Source of the DNA: Octopus vulgaris
Lineage: Eukaryota
DNA: 64,000 nt
Reading direction: 5' to 3'
Assembly (NCBI GenBank): GCA_951406725.2
Contig: OX597818.1
Span: 41,106,001-41,170,000 of the forward strand
In this document: piece by piece, positions 53,473 through 64,000 of the stretch
Position numbering within the stretch: the stretch's first letter is position 1
Layout: the number at the start of each line of letters is the position of its first letter
Notes under the pieces: model-generated
What the model was told of the DNA's origin: nothing
The model's database searches: none
What the model saw: only the letters and a program-made list of their open reading frames with translations
Position numbers and translations under genes: made by a program

Positions 53473-53685
53473 CTTTCTCTTTTCTCTGTCTTATTTTGTA
53501 GTATTTCTACTTCATGCGACTTTTATATATTTCTTTCTCCCTCTTGCTGTCTGTTGTACTTCTTCTTAAATCTTATATATATATACTTATATATATATAC
53601 TTATATACATATATATATGTATATATATGTGTGTGTGTGTACATTGATACGTATACATATATACATGCATATACATACATATATA

Positions 53686-53753
<68 letters not shown>

Positions 53754-53978
53754 CACATACACACAAACACACACATATACACTTTTCTTCTCAGTCCATC
53801 ACTCTTCTTCACTTACCTACTCACACTTACCAAGTTATTCTTCCATAGAATTTTGCTATCGCCTTCTTATTTTTCCTTCTTCCATATATTCTCTCGTAGT
53901 TTTCAGACTTTTGCCATTTTTTCTCTCTCACTGTGACAATCTTTCCAATCTCGCTTTTTCTTTCCCTCACACTCACTT

Positions 53979-54074
<96 letters not shown>

Positions 54075-56419
54075 CGCAGATAGGCAGATAGGCGTAGAGA
54101 TACACAGACAGGCTGACTGATAGATATATACAGCATTACGTATGTACAATATGCATATAAGTGTATATTATGTATATTTATATATATGCTATACATCATA
54201 TAAACTTGTATATATGTTATATATCATATATATATTTTTACATATAATACATATATATGTATATGTATTTTACACATACGTATGCATACATACATACACA
54301 CACATACACGCGCACGCACACATATATATATTCATATATAAACATATAATTTATATATATATATACATATATGTATATCGCTGTTACCCTCTCTCCTTCT
54401 CTCGCTTTTTGCCTGTGATTTTTTTCTTGCTTCAGTGTCCTCCCTCACTACCTCGCCCCCTACCGGTTAACTAGCTCCTTCCATTTTCCTTGAATCAAAA
54501 TGTGACAAGCAATATTAGCTCTTCTTCGCTGCATTATTCATGGTTTCGTCCTTCGACATTATCTGAGAGTTGGACATACCATTTATATTTCTTCCTATTA
54601 CAGACATACACACAGATATTGTATAATATTATATTGCATTCTATAGTTTTCCTTTTTTCAATTTGTACGCCCTTATCGTGGATTTGTTTGCTTTTGGTTC
54701 AGTAGTTTTTTTATTACCTCCCTTTCTATTCCTTCATTTTGATTTTTCCTTTTTTTATTCGTCCATTTGCAAAGAACTATTCTCCCGAAGCAACAACTGC
54801 CATAGTCATCCTGCCAATTTGCCATCGTCGGTTTAAGCTGTTGATAATGAGTTTGACGGATAGAGAGAATACTGAGTACTCCGATTTTATAAGTGCAGAA
54901 TAAAGACTAGAAATGTATAACGAGTGGATATTATACAGAACGACTGGATTCGGTGATCCTAAAAGGATTTCATCTATATAAGGAATGTGGATTGAAAAGG
55001 ATTAAGCTAGGTACAAAACGCACAAGAGCAAAGAAAGGAATTAATATGATAAAGCAAAATTGTGGGTGGAAAAGAAGAGGAAAGAGAAATTCTTTATAGT
55101 GGAAAATTAAGCATATAGAGAAAAAGGAAGATGATAAAAAAGAGAGGCAGAAAGAGGACAAGAAGCTTCAGTATCTTTTATATTTTACTTGTTTCAATCA
55201 TTGGACTGCGACCATACTGAGGCACCACATAGAAGGGTTGCTTTGGTCGGCCCAACTCTATTGAAGAAGACAAAGTGCTGTATAGAGGGACTTAGCCGGA
55301 AACCATGGAGCAGCAAAACGAGCTTTTTAACCAAAATGGCCCACAATAAATTAGATATCTGAGAATGAAAAATGTACTCGTATAGATATCCAGTCTAGTA
55401 ATAGAGTTAGAGACTGTATAATATCGAAATACATATGTAAACATTAAAGGAGAAACAGGGAGAGAGCGAGAGAGATCACGTGTCCACTCGACTTCTTAGA
55501 AATACCAGTTAAGCTGTCTTCAAATTACACCATACTGACTTTAAAAATTATAGGAAGTAACCATGAAAATGTACAGTTCTGCATATAGAAAACGATACTA
55601 TAGTCACTGCTTAGTTGTCTTTTATCATCAATCTGCTCGATTACAGCTGGTCTGGGCTAAACAACGGCAACAACCAATACCTTATTCACAAGTTCAATTG
55701 TGTTTGTTTAGATACCTTCATATTTTATCTTTTAAATTTCCATTTATTTTTTTTTTTTTGTTTAAAGTATATTTTATGAAATGAAAATATTTTATTTTCC
55801 TGTTTTAACCACGAATAACCACACCTTCTACCCGACAATACAGCGTAGAACAAGGTTTTTCTTTTCTACTGCATTTTTTTTCCTTTTTCGTTTTATTGTT
55901 GACGAAGAAATATTGTTCGAAACGTCAAAATCTACTTTTTTCCCTACAGCCTAAGATTAAATGCATTATACTTGTATATTTGTTTGTTTATTTATTTATT
56001 TATATGTTTTTGTTATTTTCTTCGTGGAATATTTGTTTAATATCATTTCATCCTTTCCATACCCTGATGCAGATCTTTCCTCCAGATCACACAAGACTGA
56101 ATAATATGAATCTCAACAATATACATGGACTCTATCCAGGGGGATTATATTTATTAAATAATTCCTTAGGGCACTGGATGGGCAGAATCGTTAGAACTTC
56201 AGATAAAATGCCGCACGTTACTTGTAGTGTTACTCTAAGTTCTGAGTTCAGATCACATCAAGGTCAACTTTACCTTCCATTCTACCGATCTCGATAGCAT
56301 AAGAAATACCAATGAAATATCGCAAGGTATTTTTATCCGAAGCGCTAATGACGCTTCCTATCCACCACACTTAAATAACACTTCATGCTACATTTATTTT
56401 TATGCTAATGCTCATGAAG

Positions 56420-56508
<89 letters not shown>

Positions 56509-56538
56509 GCTTTTATCTTTTGCTCTTTCTCTCATTCT

Positions 56539-56626
56539 CCAGAATGAAGAGATGGCGGCGTGGATTTCCACCCCGGCATCCGAAACTCGGAGTTTTATCA
56601 TGGCTACCGAATAATTGTCACATATT
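56539..56626 (+). mobile_element. Truncated copy of the 2352-2510 hammerhead-bearing element
   Basis: TGAAGA-gatggcggcgtggatttccaccccggcatcc-GAA-ACTCGGAGT-T-ttatc...gaataattgtcacatatt, then (TA)n. Confidence 0.65.
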
Positions 56627-56634
56627 ACACATAC

Positions 56635-56694
<60 letters not shown>

Positions 56695-56701
56695 AGAGAT
56701 G

Positions 56702-56753
<52 letters not shown>

Positions 56754-57252
56754 TATATTGAGAGATTTATCATTGTTCATCACCACAATTCTTGTATAGA
56801 ATATTGTTGTACTGTTTGAGAAGTTGTTTGTTTATGTCTTCATTAAATTTGATTGTACTCAATTGTTTCCCCTTGTTTTGTTTTCCCATTGTTTAGCTGT
56901 GTCAAGAGACTACAACGTATAAAACCCCTTAAAAGCAGAGGCAAAATAAAAGGGAGATGCGCATTTTTTTTTTTAATATAAGAGAAAAAAAAAGGTTAGG
57001 GTGTTTATTTTTGTTTATTACTTGTTGTACTTACATGTTGTTGTTTTCAATGTTCTTCTTGTTGTTGAACACATGTTTGATCTTGAGAGAATAACCCGTT
57101 TGTGCATTTGGGTGTATATTTGCATGCATACGTGTGTATTCACAAATTCGTGTGTGTCTGTGTGTGTGTACGTGTGCGCGTGCGTATGTGTGCATGCGTG
57201 CGTGTGTTCACATATATATAAAATGTATGTACGTATGCATTTATATCTGAGG

Positions 57253-57588
57253 CCCCCTTCGGTCACGACACTGACCATGGGATTGCACCTAGAAAGTTGC
57301 CCTCCCAGGCACAAGTCCGGACAAGGTTGTTTCTTATGGAAGACCAGCAGTCGCCCATGCATACCAGCCTCCCCTCTCCACATCATTGATGTTATCCAAG
57401 GGAAAGGCAAAAGCCGATACAGCTTGGCACCAGTGATGTCGCAACTCATTTCTACAGCTGAATGAACTGGAGGAACGTGAAATAAAGTGTCTTGCCCAAG
57501 AACACAACACGCAGCCCGGTCAGGGATTCGAGCTCACAACCTCTCGATCGTAAGCTCGACGCTCTAATCAATGAGCCATGCACCTTCA
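57253..57588 (-). mobile_element. SINE family D
   Basis: Colinear with 20461-20780. Confidence 0.85.
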
Positions 57589-57597
57589 CTACGCATT

Positions 57598-57656
<59 letters not shown>

Positions 57657-58372
57657 TTATATTTATACGATAGAATATACACGCACATGTATGTATTTAG
57701 GTACGTATATATGATTGTAAATCAATGACCAAGAAATAAATATTATGAGGAGACACACACACGCACGTGCACACGCATACAGTGTATGTGTGTGTGTCTG
57801 TGTGTGTATGTGTGTGAGAGAGAGAGAGAGAGAGAGAAGTACAGACAGACAGGAAGAGAAATAGGGAGAAAGAGAATTCAAAGAAACGTATGTCTGTGAC
57901 AACCGAACTTTATATCGTTGATGTTCAGCAAATCGTTCGACAAATGTCAGTTCTAAATGTTGATTTCCTTTGGCAAATCAGAAGGTCTGAAATTTATATG
58001 ACCAACGAAAGGATGGGGTGATGCGCATGCCATTACTAAGAATATAAGCGGCGAAATTCTTGCCATGTATAATAGAAACCTTAACGCAGATAAGGAGTTA
58101 CCTCCCGCTTGTAATATATATCGTGTGTGACAAGAGTACTGAAGAAATCAGCTGGAGGAGAAGTCTTCCTAATGTTAAATGGTAGTATGTTATATCGCAA
58201 TACTACACAGTGGCTGTGTGTGCTACGAAATCCTCGTCGCCACGGTTATATCGCACGTTCGGAGGACCTCTACTCAACTCCGACGTCTAGACTTCTCCCT
58301 TATATCTACGTATAGGGCTAGCCTACTTCATCGTTTGGGGGCGTCCACACGACACAGTATCGTCGTCTCTTA

Positions 58373-58677
58373 GAGGGTAAAGGGTAAAGATCCCCTTCGG
58401 TCATGAATGACCATGGGACTGCACCTCCGGGACACAGGTCCGTGCAAGGTTGTTGATGGACGACCTCTCTATACCACTGATGTTATCCAAGGCAAAGGCA
58501 AAGGCCGATACAGCTTGGCACCGTTGAAGTCGCAACTCATTTCTACAGCTGAGTGAAGTGAATCAACATGAAATAATGTGTCTAGCTCAAGAACACAACA
58601 TACAGCCCGGTTCAGGAATCCAACTCACTACCTCATGATTGTGAGCCCGGCGCTCAAACCACTGAGCCATGCGCCTT
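58373..58677 (-). mobile_element. SINE family D with (TTTACCC)n tail
   Basis: Colinear with 20461-20780 apart from internal deletions; gggtaaagggtaaa marks the 3' end. Confidence 0.8.
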
Positions 58678-59305
58678 GGTCATCTCTTAGAGGACAGCCA
58701 TACCAAAGCGGTTTTTGGTTCGTATACTGCTTCTATCCCGAACAGAGATTTTCTAATGGACTAGATTCCTATCGTATATATTGTTCGGTTGAATCAACTC
58801 CTGGGATCAAAGCGTGTATTAATATGCTTGATTCTTATAGGCAAAATAAATTGGTCGTTCATTGTACTCGACGTAAAATATTCCAGTTGTTCAAAGAACC
58901 GACATATTTATAGTTTAAGAGTCAGTGTGTATTTCACAGATACTTGCCATTTAATTAATTAGTTCATCCCACGCATGTCTTCTACCGGGAGGCAGTTCTT
59001 CGGCGCTCTTGAGCGGCTGCGTGTTCTAGAGCTCTGTGAATGTTGCAAATACGGGTTAAGAGAAAGACAGAGTCACGTGACAATGATTGTTATTAATGTA
59101 TTGTAACTGTAAATATGTGTACTTGTCACTATGTCACTATGCGTTATATATATATTCGTTTGTGTGTCTCTTTATACCTATGTATGCATGTATGAATATA
59201 TATATATATATGGCGTGAGATGTATGCATATATAATTATGTATGTACGTATTATCTATATATGTTTATATATATATGTGTGTGTGTATGTGTGTGAGTGT
59301 GTGTA

Positions 59306-59354
<49 letters not shown>

Positions 59355-59469
59355 TGTAGAGTAAGCATGTTTATTTTTACTACATAATCACATATGCGCA
59401 ATTTCTTTTCTCAATGTTTGCGTATGTGTACATATATTCATGTACATTTAATAAATATACATATGTCTG

Positions 59470-59556
<87 letters not shown>

Positions 59557-59575
59557 GTGTGTGTGCATGTGTTTA

Positions 59576-59611
<36 letters not shown>

Positions 59612-60353
59612 CATATACATACATGTATGTTATATATGTATATATATGTATATATACATACAAGTATATATAAATCTATGAATAAGAAGTTACAAACATA
59701 TTTATATATATATATATAAACATATTGTGCTTAAATAATCTTTGGCAGCTCATAGAACAGTCACCAGGTTTGGCACAATTTGGATGGCTTGCACCTTAAT
59801 TTTAAACCATGTGCAGGACTTAACACAGTAAAAGTGAGACTCAGAATACTCCAAGAACGTGAATGTTATTATCAGCAGCGTCATTATCAGCATAACCATC
59901 ATCATTTGCATCCCCATCATAGTCATCATCATCGTCGCCATTATCATCCTCATCATCACCATCGCCATCCTTGCAGCCATTATTTTCGGATATGTCTACG
60001 CCATGATTGTCTTCGTCGTTCCATCTTCTTCATCACCAACTTCATCATCATCATCATCATCATCACCATCATCATCATCATCCCCATCAGCCACAGCGAC
60101 ATCATCGTCATCGTCATCTTCGTCGTCCTCATCGTCGTCATTATTATGAACAAGCACTCGATCATGCTTCCACCTCTGCAAAATTAGGTACGTATTTGAA
60201 TACATATGTTCCACACACACATAAATATATTTATATAAACATAAATATACATACATATACGTTTGTGTCTCTATATGTATATATCTATACACACACACAC
60301 ACACACACACACACATGCACTCGTATCCACATACATATATTATGAACATATAT

Positions 60354-60475
<122 letters not shown>

Positions 60476-60480
60476 TATAG

Positions 60481-60937
60481 TACATGGAAAATGCGACCAT
60501 GAAAAGTAATATTCTTAAGATTATAAACCTGGAAATGTACAGGACAAGTTATTGCACCTGGAAAAGTTTGGGACAAGCTATTACTTCTTGTAAAGTAAAG
60601 AATAAGAAACTTTCTATTTAAAATATTGCAGCAAAGAATGCCAGTTCTTTTAATTTATCACTCTCTACAGTTCTCATCTTTTAAATTTATTGTACAAAAC
60701 TGTTCAGCTAATTTGTAAGTTTGTCTAATTAGTCACTTTTTTCAGTATTTAAGGTAGTAAATTACCCAAATTCTACTTAAATAAATACAGTGTTATTTAT
60801 AAACTATAATAAAATATTTTTCAATATTCAAATTTTAATTTTAGCTGCAATATTTTAAGTAAAAAATTTCTTATTCTTTACTTTAATAGGTTTATAATCT
60901 TAGGAATATTACTTTCATGCTCACATTTTTCCATGTA
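60481..60937. mobile_element. MITE/foldback element with ~93-bp terminal inverted repeats
   Basis: tacatggaaaatg...agtaatattc.taagattataaacct[~58-bp insert]taaagtaaagaataagaaa...aaaatattgcagc matches the reverse complement of 60845-60937. TA is present at both ends. Confidence 0.8.
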
Positions 60938-61671
60938 GTCCATGATTTTTCCAGTCATTGCTATTATAAGATAATTAATGTGTATTAATAATTTAAGATT
61001 TTACCTTATAAAATACTGAAAGATAATATTTCAATTTTTCCATGTAAGTGATGATAATATTTCAATTTTTTCATGTTTAATTTAGGTATATGTTGTGATT
61101 GAATTATTTGATATTACCCATCCACTCCAAATTAATGGCAGGGATTTTTACCATGTTGTTGGTTGCACCATGGCTCACCAAAAGTTACAAACAACAAGAC
61201 CCCAAAACCATCAGTTACCAGGTTCACCTTAAGTAACCTAGATTTTGAGTTGGTGATAATAGCACTGGCTGCTGCTAATCTAGATCTATCAATAATTATT
61301 CAATACAACAGTAATTATAAAAGCATATCAGATATACATAAGTTAAAATTACCTACATCCCATTAATATAAATTTGATTTATGACAAATCCCTTTTAATT
61401 AATTTTGAAATTTAAAAAGTAGATTTTGAATATAAACACTTTTAACCAATGCCTTTTCTGTACAGCCTGACTACATGCCTTCAGGTCTACCCATAGAGAC
61501 ACAGCCAAAAATCATTATATACCTGCCCCAATAAATTTAGATGTATGTAGCTGAAGCATATAACATATTAATGAACTAGCCTGATTAAATAATTAATTAA
61601 AAAGAAAAGGAAATCAACTAAAAAGAAAAATTTAAAAAACAGAAAGTAAGTTCATTAAAGCTGAAAGAGAA

Positions 61672-62345
61672 AATTAGTAATAAAAGTTAAACTTACCCTA
61701 ATTCAACAGCATATTAAAAATAATTTGATTAAATATTTAACTAAAAGATAAAACAGTCGACCGCGGCGGAATTTGAACTCAGAACGGAAGGAAAGACAAA
61801 ATACCGATAAGCATTTCGGGCGGCGAGATACCATTTCTGCCAGCTTGCGTTCTTACATGGTAAGCATTCATTTTAGAAATATATTTTTAATTAGTAATAA
61901 AAGTTAAACTTATCCTAATTTAACAGCCTATTAAAAATAACTTTATTAAATATTTAATTAAAAGAATAAAATATACGAAAGGCAAAGTTGACCTCGGTGG
62001 AATTTGAATTCAGAACGTAAAGATAGACAAAATACTGCTAAGCATTTCGCCCGACGAGATACCATTTCTGCCAGCTCGTGTTCTTACAATGTAAGCATTC
62101 ATTTTAAAAATGTATTTTTAATTAATAATAAAAGTTAAACTTATCCTAATTTAACAGCCTATTAAAAATAACTTTATTAAATACTTAATTAAAAGAATTA
62201 AATATACGAAAGGCAAAGTTGACCTCGGCGGAATTTGAATTCAGAACGTAAAGATAGACAAAATACTGGTAAGCATTTTGCCCGGCGCGTTGACGTTTCT
62301 GCCAGCTCACCCACTTAGAATGTTAACAGTCATTTTAGAACTATA
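61672..62345 (-). repeat. Local tandem triplication (~220-230 bp) of a SINE B head plus its AT-rich flank
   Basis: aatta.taataaaagttaaactta.cctaatt.aacagc starts at about 61672, 61889 and 62119, and each unit carries ggaatttgaa.tcagaacg...tttctgccagct. Confidence 0.88.
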
Positions 62346-63020
62346 TCATCAAAATGAATTTAAAAAGTAATTCTAATATTAAAGAATAATTCAAAACAAA
62401 AATAGCTTTTCAGAATTTTTTAAGAACGTACTATAATAACAAGCCTAGTAAAAAGAGAGAGAGAGAATGAGAAGTGAAGAATAAGAGCAATTATAACAAC
62501 AGATTAATTCAAATACGACAATTTCTTTGTTTGGAGCGTGAGTCCCTTACTTTCTTGCTGACTTATTTTACATTTCATGACATTTAACCTCATAAAACTT
62601 TTTCTACAAATTTTTGTTGAATACGACTAACGATTCTGAAATCCTCATGCATTTTTCTATCATTTAAGCCTAAGAAAAATATGCCTTTATTTTAAAATTA
62701 TAAAAATTTACGTTACTTGGAAATGAACACCTGCCTTACAGCTCCCATTTAGGCCTCACAAACTTTGATATAACTTTTTCTACTAAACCAAATCTCAAAC
62801 TATTTATGCCAAAGTGTAGCTGGGGAGGTATCCTCTTAAAAACGTATTAACAGTTTGCAATTTAGTTCAGAACTGAATTAATGGTGAAGCTTGGAAGCTG
62901 CTGCGATTAGCGAAATGGTGGACTTAAGAATACTTTCAGCCACTACCGTGGTTGAACGATGTATATGTATGTATACATATGTATGTGTGTATGTGTGTGT
63001 ATATGTATATTTATATATGT

Positions 63021-63061
<41 letters not shown>

Positions 63062-63405
63062 TGGCCGCCCTATACGGTCCGCGCATGCCACACAGCCACA
63101 TTATGATACTCTGCATATATCATCTAATATGTATGTCTCTAAAAAAGTATAACAATTCTGTTTGGATTTTTTCTTTCAACACGTTTTAATGCATGAACTA
63201 TTATGCATGCTTATTATATTTCTTTGTTATGTATTTTTCATTTTTGTATTTGATTTACAAGAGCATTGATGTATTGAAACATTTTGTTGCATCTCGGGAG
63301 GGTCATTATGTCAATAATAAACACCACAATGGTTCTATTTCACTTCTTTATTATTTATATGTCAATTGGTTGACTATTTAACCTATTAGCTAACCTATTG
63401 CTTGA

Positions 63406-63477
<72 letters not shown>

Positions 63478-63769
63478 TATATGCGTGTGTGTCTGTATGT
63501 ATGTACATGAATTAGTAGACAAACGAAAGATGGCACTCAACGCATTTATTGGGAGTTACAAATATAGATCAGAACAGTTCTCGCTGAAATACCAACACCA
63601 AACCGCTATACTGCGTGGCCTTTCTCGACAAATAGTAGGCTAACGTCCAGTAATAAACACTGACTCACTTCAATCGAACTCTCATTCGGACCCCAACGTC
63701 TGGAGACTAGCGACACGCTTGAAACTCAGAGTGCCAAGGTATCTGAATCAAACTGTTTTGATCTCTCTA

Positions 63770-63810
<41 letters not shown>

Positions 63811-63844
63811 ATATATACACATATATATATATACATATATATAT

Positions 63845-64000
63845 ACTCTTTTACTCTTTTACTTGTTTCAATCATTTGACAATGGCCATGCCCGAACACC
63901 GCCTTTAGTCGAGCAAATTGCCCTAGGACTTAGTCTTTGTAAGCCTAGTACTTATTCTATCGGTCTCTTATGCCGAACCGCTATGTTATGGGGACGTAAA
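63845..64000 (-). mobile_element. SINE family A 3' part (runs off the window)
   Basis: Reverse complement of 51590-51743. Confidence 0.85.

Noticed and set aside
63695-63740. CTGGAGA...agcg(aca)cgct-t-GAA-ACTCAGAGT-G hammerhead-like remnant
   Set aside because: It has G at the cleavage position, an altered core and no stem I; at best a dead relic.

Overview
This is AT-rich, extremely microsatellite-dense eukaryotic DNA. The tRNA-headed SINE families and repeat landscape point to an octopus/coleoid cephalopod genome (inference, not verified). Almost all ORFs in the supplied track are microsatellite artefacts. The real coding remnants are retroelement or transposon fragments: two CR1-group LINE pieces, two R4/Dong-type RLE retrotransposon 3' ends inside an (AAT)n tract, an RTE 3' end, an I-group zinc-knuckle fragment, a Tc1 transposase fragment, and a 5'-truncated Neptune-type Penelope-like element (RT + GIY-YIG) with an inverted pseudo-LTR. 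There are at least five SINE families plus a 5S rRNA-headed element. No complete host gene is present, only candidate isolated exons (30627-30920 +, 42527-42774 -). The most notable hidden layer is a set of hammerhead-ribozyme-like motifs in several distinct short elements, many next to (TA)n tracts. These include a palindromic element with a hammerhead-like motif on each strand and a permuted (type II-like) motif. Other notable patterns are recurrent (TA)n-centred inverted duplications, an (AAT)n landing pad shared by Dong LINEs and a 5S-SINE, and a SINE/CR1 3'-tail match with a compensatory base change. All RNA structures were read by eye and none has been tested.
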